Assembly: GCA_964524715.1 (NCBI GenBank)
Contig: CAZGGF010000362.1
Coordinates: 9,968 to 73,967 of the forward strand
Reading direction: 5' to 3'
DNA from: an uncultured Verrucomicrobiota bacterium
Lineage (GTDB): Bacteria > Verrucomicrobiota > Verrucomicrobiia > CAIQCK01
Length of the DNA stretch: 64,000 nucleotides
Made by a program: the position numbers and the translations under genes. The stretch's first letter is position 1. Every line of letters starts with the position of its first letter. The notes below the pieces were generated by a model. That model saw only the letters and a list, made by a program, of their open reading frames with translations, was not told the DNA's origin and ran no database searches. Positions 7,986-16,846 of the stretch are shown one piece after another.

Positions 7986-8392
7986 TTCTGGCGGCGCGCG
8001 CACTGAAGGGACAGTTGGGCGACCTTGCGGACGTGCAGGAGACCTCATGGCATGGCGTGGCACTGCTCGAACTGTTCATCGGCTATGACCGCGCAATCCT
8101 GCTCGACGCCGTCATGACCGGCAAGCACGCGCCCGGCACGGTCATCGAGATCGATCCCGACAAGCTTGCGCCCATCCAAGGTGCTTCACCGCATTTCACC
8201 GGCCTGCCGGAGATGATCGCCCTGGCGAAGGATCTCGAACTGGAGTTCCCGAAAAACTTCCGCATCTTCGCCGTCGAGGTGGCCAACCCGCATACCATCG
8301 GCGGCGAAATGACCCCCGCCGTTCGAAACGCGATTCCGGCGCTCTGCGATCGTGTTTGCACTGCGCTTGGCAAGTCCGCCGCCAAGTCGTAG
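7919..8392 (+). CDS. hydrogenase maturation protease family protein (HyaD/HybD-like), orphan
   Basis: 157 aa. MRTLVLGLGNDILADDAVG, ILLDAV and SPHFTG match the GNxxxxDD / D / H metal-ligand blocks of HybD as I recall them. No hydrogenase subunit genes occur in the window. Confidence 0.8.
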   Translation: MQTMRTLVLGLGNDILADDAVGILAARALKGQLGDLADVQETSWHGVALLELFIGYDRAILLDAVMTGKHAPGTVIEIDPDKLAPIQGASPHFTGLPEMIALAKDLELEFPKNFRIFAVEVANPHTIGGEMTPAVRNAIPALCDRVCTALGKSAAKS

Positions 8393-8465
8393 CCCAACCA
8401 GCATTGCGTCTGTCAGACGGGCGTGAGATAAGAAGCGGAAACTGCCCGTCCAAAGGAGAAACGAT

Positions 8466-10439
8466 ATGCGCTTGCCTTGTTGGTTGTCCGTCGCTGCGAT
8501 GACGTTGATCGCCGGAATCGCGCCCGGCTCGTCAGAAGAAGCCAACCTCGTCCATAACGCCGGGTTTGAAGACGGCAAAACCTCCTGGAACCTGCCGAAG
8601 ACGTTTAGCGTCATCGATGACGTTGCCCACTCCGGCACGCATAGTCTGCGGTTGGTCAACACGAACAAGGCGACCTATCTCCTCGCCTCACAGGCCATTC
8701 AGTTCAAGCCTGGCATGAAGTATCGCTACAGCGCGTGGATCAAAACGCGGGGCGTGCAAGGCGAGGAAAGTGGTGCGACGCTCTGCATGGAATGGACCGG
8801 AGCCAAAGGCTGGCTCGGCGGCAGCTACGCCTCCGGCAAGAAGGGTGATCGTGATTGGTTCCACATCGAGGATGTCACCGCGCCGATTCCGAAGGAGGCA
8901 ACCAGCGTTCGTGTCAGTCTTTACCTGCGCAAAGGCATGACCGGCGTAGCGTGGTTCGACGACGTCAACGTGACCGAACACTACCCTCCCGCGCTGGATG
9001 CAGCACTATTGCAGCCCAATTATCGTGGTCGGTTGCCGAAGAATGCCGCCAACCAGCGCGTGATTGTGCGCGTCAAACTCGCCGACTTCATGAAGGGTTC
9101 GCTGAAGCCGGAGCAGACAACTCTTGTGTGCTCGTTGCTCGCTGGCGACAAAACCGTGCGCGAGCAGCATGTCAAACAGCCGCGAGCCGGTTACAATGAC
9201 GTGACGTTCGATGCGAAGTCGCTGGCGGTCGGGGATTACCGCGTGCATGTCGAACTATCCGCCCCCGACGGGATATCGCTGGGCCGGCAGGATTTCGAAT
9301 TGCACAAGCTCGCTGCGAACGCGCCGAAACCGGCCGTTTTCCTGGACAAGCTGAATCGCACGATCGTCAACGGCAAGCCGTTCTTTCCTCTCGGCTGGTA
9401 TTTCGGACCGGGACCGACGACGAAGAATTTTGAAGATCACCTAGACCGCATCGCCGCCAGCTCGTTCAACACGATCATGTGCTACGGCGTCAACGCCGGC
9501 GGCGTCGAGAAGGTCCGCGCCTATCTCGACGCGTTTGCCGCGCGCAAGTTGAAGATCATCTACTCGATCAAGGATGTCTTTGCCGGCACGCAGTATTACC
9601 ACGAGCCGGTGCTCGGCTTCCGTGGAGAAGACGCCATCGTGCGCGGTGTTGTTCCGCTCTTCCGTGACCATCCGGCGCTGCTCGCGTGGTATCTGAACGA
9701 CGAGCTGCCGCTGACCATGCGCGACCGGCTTGACGCGCGCAACCAGCTCGTGCAGCAACTCGACCCGAATCACCCGACATGGGCTGTGCTCTATCAGGTG
9801 GATGAGTTCTACGGTTATCTCAACTCCGCCGACGTGCTGGGCGCCGATCCATATCCGGTGAACGAACGTCCCGTGACGATGGTGTCGGACTGGACACGAA
9901 AATGCGCTGCCGTGTCGGACGGACTGCGGCCGTTGTGGATGGTGCCGCAGGCAATGAACTGGGCCTGCTACCACAAGGATCGCGCTGACAAACTCCGAGC
10001 GCCGACGCTCGATGAAGAACTGGTAATGACCTACCTCTGTCTCATCCACGGTGCGAAGGGTCTCATCTACTACTGCTATCACGACCTGATGCGCGACCAG
10101 CTCGGCTTTGACAAACGCTGGGCCGATATGCTCGTCGTCGGCAACGAGGTGAAACAACTCTTCCCGCCGCTGCTCTCGGCGGCGAAACCGCCGAAGTTTG
10201 ACGTGAAAGCGAGCCGCGATGCCGTGCAATGCGCCACTCGCGCCGATGACGCCAGCCTCCGTTACATTCTGATGGCCAATCCGGACCCGAAGGAAGCCGC
10301 CACCGTCAGCATCGCCGTGTCGCCACGCTCCAAACTCCAGTTGCTCCAACGCGGCCAAGTCAAACCCGTGACCGCAGCCAATGGCCGCTGTGAAATTTCG
10401 TTGGAACCGATGAGCGCCGCGACGCTGATCGTCAAGTAG
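8466..10439 (+). CDS. secreted CBM4_9-like carbohydrate-binding module + TIM-barrel glycoside hydrolase (family uncertain)
   Basis: Signal peptide. N-terminal NLVHNAGFEDG...HSGTHSLRL...GVAWFDDVNV is typical of CBM_4_9-type modules. The C-terminal NGKPFFPLGWY...LLAWYLNDE block is homologous to the C-terminus of the 52198-55044 protein. Confidence 0.7.
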   Translation: MRLPCWLSVAAMTLIAGIAPGSSEEANLVHNAGFEDGKTSWNLPKTFSVIDDVAHSGTHSLRLVNTNKATYLLASQAIQFKPGMKYRYSAWIKTRGVQGEESGATLCMEWTGAKGWLGGSYASGKKGDRDWFHIEDVTAPIPKEATSVRVSLYLRKGMTGVAWFDDVNVTEHYPPALDAALLQPNYRGRLPKNAANQRVIVRVKLADFMKGSLKPEQTTLVCSLLAGDKTVREQHVKQPRAGYNDVTFDAKSLAVGDYRVHVELSAPDGISLGRQDFELHKLAANAPKPAVFLDKLNRTIVNGKPFFPLGWYFGPGPTTKNFEDHLDRIAASSFNTIMCYGVNAGGVEKVRAYLDAFAARKLKIIYSIKDVFAGTQYYHEPVLGFRGEDAIVRGVVPLFRDHPALLAWYLNDELPLTMRDRLDARNQLVQQLDPNHPTWAVLYQVDEFYGYLNSADVLGADPYPVNERPVTMVSDWTRKCAAVSDGLRPLWMVPQAMNWACYHKDRADKLRAPTLDEELVMTYLCLIHGAKGLIYYCYHDLMRDQLGFDKRWADMLVVGNEVKQLFPPLLSAAKPPKFDVKASRDAVQCATRADDASLRYILMANPDPKEAATVSIAVSPRSKLQLLQRGQVKPVTAANGRCEISLEPMSAATLIVK

Positions 10440-10533
10440 AGCATCGCGAGCATTCGCCAGTGAATTATTGCCCAAACCGGTGAAAACCGCCTGCCAACGA
10501 TCTTGCACAGCAACGGGTGTTCCACATGACGGG

Positions 10534-11613
10534 ATGACCAAGAAAGCCGTGCGGCCCGTGACGTTCCGTGCGCAAAGGCTGCATCTTGGAATCATGCTGA
10601 CCGTCTTGTTTGCATGCATCGCAGCCGCGAGCCCGGCGCAGTCCGCATCCCCGACGGAACGAGCGGCAGAACAGATCCTGCGCCACGTGACGAGCGATGG
10701 CGCGATTGTGATGGGCCCCCTCCCGGCGAAGCAATCGCACCTGATCCCCTATTTCGCGAGTTTCGCAGCTCACGGACTTGTCGCCGCTTTTGCCGGGACG
10801 CATGATGCCCGTTTTCTGGATGCAGCCAAACACTGGGTCGCCTGGCATGAGACCCACATGAACGCCGACGGAACCATTTACGATTTTGACGGCGCACCCG
10901 GTGCGTGGAAACCCACAGGCGATTACGATTCGACCGATTCTTATGCAGCGACCTATCTTGAACTGATACTCGCTGTTCATCGTGCTGCGCCAGACCGCGA
11001 CTGGCTGCGGCTACGGCTGCCGGCTGTTCGACAGGCGATTGCTGCCATCCGCCTGACGCTTCAGCCCAACGGCCTGACCACCGCCAAACCGAAATGGCCG
11101 GTGATGTACCTGATGGACAATACGGAGGTTGCCGCCGGTCTTCGTGCGGCGGAGGCCATGGGCCGCATTCTCGGCGATCAAAGGTTGCAGCAGGAGGTGG
11201 GAACGATGGCGGACAGAAGTGAACAGGCGATTGCGCGCGAGTTGTGGGATAACACACGGCAGGCGTATTGCGTCGGCTTGCAGACCGATGGCGCGAAGGT
11301 CAACGATCGGCAGGAATGGTATCCGTATGTCATGGCGAATCTGATGGCGGTTGGCTGGCTGCCACCGCCAGAGCGTCATCGCGAATTACTGCAGAGATTC
11401 AAAGGGAGGTTCTCTTCAAGCATCCCGGCGTCCGTTCGCACGGAGAACGATCTGGGGCGGCTGGTCTGGTGGGGCATCGCGGCTCGCGGCGCGGGGGACC
11501 ACAAGTTGCTGGCAGAAATCGCAGCAAAGCTGGCTGCGTTTGACGCACGCGTGAAGGAATTCGACAATCCAGCACTGCTTGGCCATCTCTGCCGCATCCT
11601 GGCGCGCGATTAG
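10534..11613 (+). CDS. secreted hypothetical protein, possibly (alpha/alpha)6 six-hairpin glycosidase-like
   Basis: ORF with signal-like MLTVLFACIAAASPAQS. Helix-rich repeats contain aromatic/Asp motifs (DGTIYDFDG, YLMDNTEVAAGL, WYPYVMANL). The family is not firmly recognised. The start was chosen at Met 10534 and 10594 is also possible. Confidence 0.45.
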   Translation: MTKKAVRPVTFRAQRLHLGIMLTVLFACIAAASPAQSASPTERAAEQILRHVTSDGAIVMGPLPAKQSHLIPYFASFAAHGLVAAFAGTHDARFLDAAKHWVAWHETHMNADGTIYDFDGAPGAWKPTGDYDSTDSYAATYLELILAVHRAAPDRDWLRLRLPAVRQAIAAIRLTLQPNGLTTAKPKWPVMYLMDNTEVAAGLRAAEAMGRILGDQRLQQEVGTMADRSEQAIARELWDNTRQAYCVGLQTDGAKVNDRQEWYPYVMANLMAVGWLPPPERHRELLQRFKGRFSSSIPASVRTENDLGRLVWWGIAARGAGDHKLLAEIAAKLAAFDARVKEFDNPALLGHLCRILARD

Positions 11614-11674
11614 TTCATTCGTCGCAACCGGACGATTCAATCAACGTTCCGCCACGCCGCAGCGAAGATCCGGC

Positions 11675-12268
11675 TCACCGATAGATATCCACGAGGAAGA
11701 CGATGGCTTCACCCTTGCCGGCATTGACGATGGCATGCGGCACATCGGCGCGATAGGTGGCGGAATCACCGGGCGCCAGTTCCTCTGCATCGCTGCCGGA
11801 TTCGACGCGCACACGGCCTTTCTGGACCGTGAGAAACTCGCGAGTGCCTTCGAAGTGCGGGCTGCTGCGCAAAGCGCCTTCTTCGACGAGGCGCACTTCG
11901 TAAAACTCCACGTCTTTTTCCAGATTCAACGGTGAAAGCGTCCGGATGCGGCAATGCTTGTCGGACCGGTAGTGGTAGGCGCGATCCTCAGCGCGAATCA
12001 CCTCGACAGCCGAGGTCGCCCCTGGCGTTTCCACCAACGCGCCCAACGTCATGCCAAAAGCACGTGCAATGCGGAAGGCGACGGCAAGCGTCGGGTTGGC
12101 GCGGGCACGCTCGATCTGGCTGAGCATGGAACGGCTGACACCGGAGGCCTTGGCCAGCGCATCGAGCGACCACCCGCGCTCGGCGCGGAGCTGCTTCAGG
12201 CGGCGGCAAAGATGTCCGCTGACCGGGTCGGCGGCCGGGACTGACTTGGGAGAAGAGGCATTACTCAT
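11675..12268 (-). CDS. XRE-family HTH transcriptional regulator with C-terminal cupin domain
   Basis: LRAERGWSLDALAKASGVSRSMLSQIERARANPT is a classic HTH_3 motif. The C-terminal GDSATYRADVPHAIVNAG is cupin_2-like. It is divergent from tdh. Confidence 0.85.
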   Translation of the reverse strand: MSNASSPKSVPAADPVSGHLCRRLKQLRAERGWSLDALAKASGVSRSMLSQIERARANPTLAVAFRIARAFGMTLGALVETPGATSAVEVIRAEDRAYHYRSDKHCRIRTLSPLNLEKDVEFYEVRLVEEGALRSSPHFEGTREFLTVQKGRVRVESGSDAEELAPGDSATYRADVPHAIVNAGKGEAIVFLVDIYR

Positions 12269-12414
12269 GGCGTCAATATATTGGAGATAGTTCTTGCATA
12301 CTGGATACGTATATGTTCAATATAATGCACATACTTCCATAATGTTGGAAATAATGCAGACCTGTGGCCGGCTTGGCAACTGTTTTTCCTTCCGGCCCAA
12401 CCGGAGAACAAACG
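12269..12414. promoter_or_regulatory. AT-rich divergent promoter/operator region between the XRE-cupin regulator gene and tdh
   Basis: A sharp local GC drop. Palindromes CAATATATTG (about 12274-12283) and ATACGTAT. A consensus TATAAT lies within TTCAATATAATGC. Confidence 0.4.
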
Positions 12415-13443
12415 ATGAAAGCCTTGGTAAAACGAAACTCAACGAGAGGACTCTGGCTGGAAGATGTGCCGGAGCCGGAAACCGGCTTGAACGACGTGCT
12501 GATCCGGGTGGATCGCACGGGCATTTGCGGCACCGACCTCCACATTTACAACTGGGATGCCTGGGCGCAGAAGACCATTCCCGTGCCGCTGGTGGTCGGC
12601 CATGAGTTCGTCGGTGAAATCGTCAAGGTGGGCTCGAATGTGAAGGACTTCTTCCCCGGCCAGATTGTCAGTGGCGAGGGGCACGTTGTCTGCGGCCGTT
12701 GCCGAAACTGTCTTGCCGGCCGGCGGCATCTCTGCGCAGACACCAAAGGCATCGGCGTGAACCGGCCTGGCGCGTTCGCCGAATACCTGTCACTGCCCAT
12801 GACCAACGTCTGGGTCCACAATGACAACATCGACCGCGATGTGGCCTCCATCTTTGACCCGTTTGGCAACGCGGTGCACACGGCACTGTCGTTCCCGTCG
12901 CTCGGCGAGGATGTGCTTGTCACTGGCGCGGGCCCCATCGGCATCATGGCCGCGGCGGTGGCGCGGCACGCCGGCGCGCGCCACGTTGTGATTACTGACG
13001 TGAACCCGTGGCGGCTGGAATTGGCGCGGAAAATGGGTGTGACGCTGGCCGTGGATACGCGCAAACAGAGTCTGAAGGATGTGCAGAAGCAACTTGGCAT
13101 GAAGGAAGGCTTCGACGTGGGGTTGGAGATGTCGGGCAACGCCGCCGCGTTCCGCGACATGCTGGCGAACATGAGTCACGGCGCAAAGATCGCCATGCTC
13201 GGCATTCCGCCGGAGGCGATGGCGATCGACTGGAACGCTGTAATCTTCAACATGCTCACGATCAAGGGTATCTATGGTCGCGAGATGTACGAAACGTGGT
13301 ATAAGATGACCGTCATGCTGGAAAGCGGTCTCGATATACGGCCGGTCATTACGCACCGGTTTCATTACACGGAGTTTGAAAAAGGTTTTGAAGTGATGAA
13401 CAGCGGTCAATCAGGCAAAGTCGTCTTGGATTGGAAACAATGA
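12415..13443 (+). CDS. tdh: L-threonine 3-dehydrogenase
   Basis: MKALVK...[35 protein letters not shown]...[21 protein letters not shown] matches zinc-ADH Tdh throughout. The start was placed at ATG 12415 rather than the track start of 12364. Confidence 0.92.
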   Translation: MKALVKRNSTRGLWLEDVPEPETGLNDVLIRVDRTGICGTDLHIYNWDAWAQKTIPVPLVVGHEFVGEIVKVGSNVKDFFPGQIVSGEGHVVCGRCRNCLAGRRHLCADTKGIGVNRPGAFAEYLSLPMTNVWVHNDNIDRDVASIFDPFGNAVHTALSFPSLGEDVLVTGAGPIGIMAAAVARHAGARHVVITDVNPWRLELARKMGVTLAVDTRKQSLKDVQKQLGMKEGFDVGLEMSGNAAAFRDMLANMSHGAKIAMLGIPPEAMAIDWNAVIFNMLTIKGIYGREMYETWYKMTVMLESGLDIRPVITHRFHYTEFEKGFEVMNSGQSGKVVLDWKQ

Positions 13444-13456
13444 ACTGTGCGTTGCC

Positions 13457-14080
13457 ATGAACCTGCCGTCACCCCAGGTGCTGCTTGAACACTTTGGCGT
13501 CTTTGTCTCCGCCATCACGGGTGTGCTGGCGGCGCGTGGCAAGAAGTTCGACTTGTTCGGCGTGTTGGTGCTTGCACTGGTGACGGCGTTTGGCGGCGGG
13601 ACGGTGCGCGACGTGCTTGTCGGTGACTTCCCCGTGGTCTGGCTGCGTGGCCCAGCGCTGTTGATCAACGCGACACTTGCGGCGTTGCTGACGTTCTTCA
13701 TCGCGCGATTCCACAAGTTGCCACACCGCGCGCTCATGGTGGCAGACGCCTTTGCACTGGCGTTCTTCACCATGCTCGGCACGCAAAAGGGCGTGGCGCT
13801 TCATTTCTCGCCACCGGTGGCAGTGCTGCTTGGGGTGGTCACAGGAGTGGCGGGCGGTATTGCGCGTGATGTGCTGACGGGCGAAGTGCCGATGGTGTTC
13901 CGGCCGGAAATACACCTCTACGCCACGGCATCGCTATGCGGCGCGGTCCTGTACGTGGCGCTGCCCGGCGTAGGCGCAGGCGATTCGCTGGCGACATTGG
14001 CAGGCGCGGGACTGGTGTTGGTATTGCGTCTGGCGGCGATTTACTGGAAGCTGTCATTGCCTTTGTTTGAGGCGCGGTGA
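13457..14080 (+). CDS. UPF0126 / prokaryotic TRIC-type channel family membrane protein (Pfam Gly_transporter domain, as I recall)
   Basis: 207 aa and about 7 TM segments. It has two copies of the motif G(G)GxxRD (FGGGTVRDVLVG, AGGIARDVLTG). It lies 13 nt downstream of tdh. Confidence 0.75.
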   Translation: MNLPSPQVLLEHFGVFVSAITGVLAARGKKFDLFGVLVLALVTAFGGGTVRDVLVGDFPVVWLRGPALLINATLAALLTFFIARFHKLPHRALMVADAFALAFFTMLGTQKGVALHFSPPVAVLLGVVTGVAGGIARDVLTGEVPMVFRPEIHLYATASLCGAVLYVALPGVGAGDSLATLAGAGLVLVLRLAAIYWKLSLPLFEAR

Positions 14081-14135
14081 AAATCTTTTGCGTCCGTCGT
14101 TAGAATCGCGGATAGTAGATCAGCTTGAGGCAAGA

Positions 14136-14744
14136 ATGATGAATAGAAGACAGCGTTTTTCGCGTGGCGGTTTCACACTGGTGGAACTGTTGGTGGTGAT
14201 GACGATTTTGGGCATTTTGTCGGCCTTGCTGTTCCCGGCCCTTTCAAAGGGCAGAGGTAACATGGAAAAGGCCGCGTGTGCCAATAACATGCGGCAGATT
14301 TCCCTATTCATCACCCAGTATGCACGTGATAAGGATATTTATCCAGAAAGCGGACGTTGGGCGGGAACCTCCAGTGTTGAAGACGGTCCACTCGGTCGGT
14401 ATGTCAAGGAACCCAAGATTTACATGTGTCCAACCGACACACAGTTGAAGGACGCATTAAAGAACCACAGCAAGCAACGGCTGACGAGTTACTCTTACAA
14501 TAGTTGGTTCGATCGGAAACCGTTCAGCGTCTCAGTGGACTTGTCTCGGGCAATCATTCTGATGGAGCCCAATGTGGGCAGCGGCGGAAGCATGCAGCAA
14601 AGTTTTCAGGGGGCCGGTGCGCCCCGCCTTACCGACCGCCATAACGGTGGTGGCCATATCGCCTATGGCGATGGACACGCGGAGTTCATCACCCAGCAGC
14701 GTTTCCAGAAGAACAAGGACACCATCTTCGAAGTCACGCGCTGA
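14136..14744 (+). CDS. prepilin-type N-terminal cleavage/methylation domain protein, DUF1559 (H-X9-DG) family
   Basis: GFTLVELLVVMTILGILSALLFPAL N-terminal pilin-like motif and a C-terminal DRHNGGGHIAYGDGH (H-X9-DG). Lower GC than its neighbours. Confidence 0.8.
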   Translation: MMNRRQRFSRGGFTLVELLVVMTILGILSALLFPALSKGRGNMEKAACANNMRQISLFITQYARDKDIYPESGRWAGTSSVEDGPLGRYVKEPKIYMCPTDTQLKDALKNHSKQRLTSYSYNSWFDRKPFSVSVDLSRAIILMEPNVGSGGSMQQSFQGAGAPRLTDRHNGGGHIAYGDGHAEFITQQRFQKNKDTIFEVTR

Positions 14745-14786
14745 GCCAACTCAACGCACCGCCGATGCGCGGAGTCGGACGTTGCG

Positions 14787-15788
14787 CTAGCGACTTGCGG
14801 CTTTTCTGTAGGTCTCGATTCCACCCAAAACAGCCAGCGCCAGCCTGTCGCGGTGAGTCGATTGGCTGATCAATCGCACATCGGACACGTTGGAAAGGAA
14901 TCCGCACTCGACCAGCACGCCGGGACACGTCAGGTCTTTGAGCACCTCAAATCGCGCCCGCTTCACACCGCGCTCCACCGCACCTGCCCGCCCAACGAGC
15001 CCCTGCTGGATGCAGTGCGCCAGAACCACGTTGTCATTGTCAAAGCGGTTGCCGGTGAAGCTCACAAAATCCGCGGCATTCAACGTACTGCCCTTGGTGG
15101 AAGTGGACTGCGCACCCGCAGGTGTCAGGCAAAAGGTCTCCGTTCCACGCGGTTCGGCCGATGGCGCGGATGAGTTGAAGTGCAGGCTCACAAACAAATC
15201 CGCCTTTTGCGTCCGCGCAAATGCCGAGCGCGAGTCCAGCGACATCTCTCGGTCGTCGTTGCGCGTGAGCAGCACCCTGTAACCCCTCTGCATCAGCAGC
15301 ACTTGCAGTCGTTTGGCCAGATCGAGCGTTAATGTCTTCTCCAACAACCCGCTCCGGGCATGTGCACCTTGGTCCGTTCCTCCGTGGCCGGGGTCAAGCA
15401 CAATGGTCCGCAACGGCCACGCCGCCGCCAGTCCCGTTCGCCGCAACAGCGGGTCAAGCGTCTTGACCACGTCAATTGCCGGCACCCACACTTGATGGCT
15501 GTGCAACGCCAGCGGCGCACTCAGCCAGTATTTCACCCCCTGCACCTCCGCCTCGCGGCTGTCCAGCGTCAGACGCACCCGCACCAACGGCGATGTCAAC
15601 ATGACCGTCCGGTCATGATTCACCTGCCCCCTCAATCCAAACACTCTCATCACATCCCCCATCGCCACGTACTCACGGCCATACACATGTCGTGTCGTGA
15701 GCACAAGGGATTGCGCCGGCCCAGCCCACGCGCCGATCACGCAGGCAATCCACACGCTCATCCACCCCAAAGGCAACCGCTGTTTCAT
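14787..15788 (-). CDS. N-acetylmuramoyl-L-alanine amidase (Amidase_3, AmiC-like)
   Basis: IVLDPGHGGTDQGA...KADLFVSLHFNS...VLVECGFLSN are canonical Amidase_3 blocks. An N-terminal signal peptide is present. Confidence 0.85.
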   Translation of the reverse strand: MKQRLPLGWMSVWIACVIGAWAGPAQSLVLTTRHVYGREYVAMGDVMRVFGLRGQVNHDRTVMLTSPLVRVRLTLDSREAEVQGVKYWLSAPLALHSHQVWVPAIDVVKTLDPLLRRTGLAAAWPLRTIVLDPGHGGTDQGAHARSGLLEKTLTLDLAKRLQVLLMQRGYRVLLTRNDDREMSLDSRSAFARTQKADLFVSLHFNSSAPSAEPRGTETFCLTPAGAQSTSTKGSTLNAADFVSFTGNRFDNDNVVLAHCIQQGLVGRAGAVERGVKRARFEVLKDLTCPGVLVECGFLSNVSDVRLISQSTHRDRLALAVLGGIETYRKAASR

Positions 15789-15939
15789 GCTTGGCTCAAA
15801 AATACTCGTTTGATTTCAGATACTCGATAACACCACCCTTTTCAAGGTGGAACACGAAGGCTGCGCGCCCCACATATGAGCGTTCCACCCGCGCCGGGTG
15901 TTGTGTTATGTTGACGCCTGTGAAAATGGAGGACGCATC

Positions 15940-16623
15940 ATGAAACTGACCTATTGGAGCCATTCGTGTTTCCTGCTGGAAACCGGCAAGCATCGGCTGG
16001 TGATAGACCCATTCCTGACCGACAACCCCAAAGCACCGATCAAGGCCGGTGAGGTCAAGTGTGATTATGTGTTCGTTTCGCACGGCCACAATGACCACTT
16101 GGGCGACGCCATCGCCATTGCCCGCCGTAACAACGCCACGATCATTGCCAACCATGAGATCGCCGTGTTCTGTGGCCAACAAGGCGCAAACGTCCACCCG
16201 ATGCACATCGGCGGCAGCCATCCGTTCCCGTTCGGCCGCGTCAAGCTGACCATTGCCCACCACGGCTCCGGTTACGAGACGGACACCGGCTTCCTCTACA
16301 TGGGCAGCCCGACCGGCATTCTCGTCACCGCCGAGGACAAGACGGTCTATCACGCCGGTGATACCGGTTTGTTTCTCGACATGCAACTCATTGGCCGGCT
16401 GAATCGCATTGACGTGGCGTTATTGCCCATTGGTGACAACTTTACCATGGGCGTGGACGATGCTGTTGAGGCCGTTGTAATGTTGAAACCGAAAGTCGTC
16501 ATCCCGATGCACTACGATACGTTTGACGTCATCCACGCAAATCCCGCCGAGTTCGCGCGCAGGGCCGCCACCACCGGGACAGAAGCCAACCCGCTTCGCG
16601 TCGGCGAGAGCTTCGAGTTCTGA
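15940..16623 (+). CDS. metal-dependent hydrolase, UPF0173 / MBL-fold
   Basis: MKLTYWSHSCFLLE...DPFL...VFVSHGHNDHLGD...HAGDTG...PIGDNFTMG matches the UPF0173 beta-lactamase-fold family. Confidence 0.8.
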   Translation: MKLTYWSHSCFLLETGKHRLVIDPFLTDNPKAPIKAGEVKCDYVFVSHGHNDHLGDAIAIARRNNATIIANHEIAVFCGQQGANVHPMHIGGSHPFPFGRVKLTIAHHGSGYETDTGFLYMGSPTGILVTAEDKTVYHAGDTGLFLDMQLIGRLNRIDVALLPIGDNFTMGVDDAVEAVVMLKPKVVIPMHYDTFDVIHANPAEFARRAATTGTEANPLRVGESFEF

Positions 16624-16665
16624 TGACTACCGTGAGAAATTTTTTTCGTGGATTGAAATACGTGA

Positions 16666-16693
16666 TTGACCCTTGGGAAGAATGGTGTAAGTT
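16666..16693 (+). promoter_or_regulatory. sigma70-like promoter TTGACC-16 nt-TAAGTT
   Basis: TTGACC at 16666-16671 and TAAGTT at 16688-16693, inside the intergenic region downstream of the hydrolase gene. Confidence 0.35.
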
Positions 16694-16802
16694 GTAGTGC
16701 AGTGGGCGAGGGCCCACATGGATTTCGCGGCGGTCCAGATCCAAAAGATAGGCTTGCCGCGGTAAAGGTTCGGGCGACCTTCGGGTCGCCTGAACCGTTT
16801 TT
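16694..16802 (+). ncRNA. candidate small RNA or leader transcript (about 100 nt), unclassified
   Basis: It is bounded by the promoter-like element above and a strong intrinsic terminator. It contains the hairpin GTGGGC-GAGG-GCCCAC (16702-16717) and a possible 15-codon ORF (16718-16765, MDFAAVQIQKIGLPR). Confidence 0.3.
16767..16802 (+). terminator. rho-independent terminator
   Basis: A 13-bp stem GGTTCGGGCGACC / GGTCGCCTGAACC (one G-U pair) with a TTCG tetraloop, followed by GTTTTT. Confidence 0.7.
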
Positions 16803-16808
16803 GGCCCC

Positions 16809-16836
16809 TTGACTTGCCCGGTTGCTCCTTTAAGCT
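16809..16836 (+). promoter_or_regulatory. sigma70-like promoter TTGACT-16 nt-TAAGCT upstream of aroB
   Basis: The -10 element ends 10 nt before the aroB ATG (16847), implying a very short leader or none. Confidence 0.35.
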
Positions 16837-16846
16837 GCCGTCATTC

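Noticed and set aside
12378-12400. Sigma-54 promoter (TGGCAAC-TGTT-TTTCC) upstream of tdh
   Set aside because: The -24 GG is present, but the -12 element lacks the GC dinucleotide. There is no EBP gene nearby.
16694-16802. Possibility that the small transcript is SRP (4.5S) or 6S RNA
   Set aside because: It lacks the conserved SRP domain IV sequence (GGUCCGGAAGGAAGCAGCC-like with a GNAR tetraloop) and is too short for 6S. It is left unclassified.
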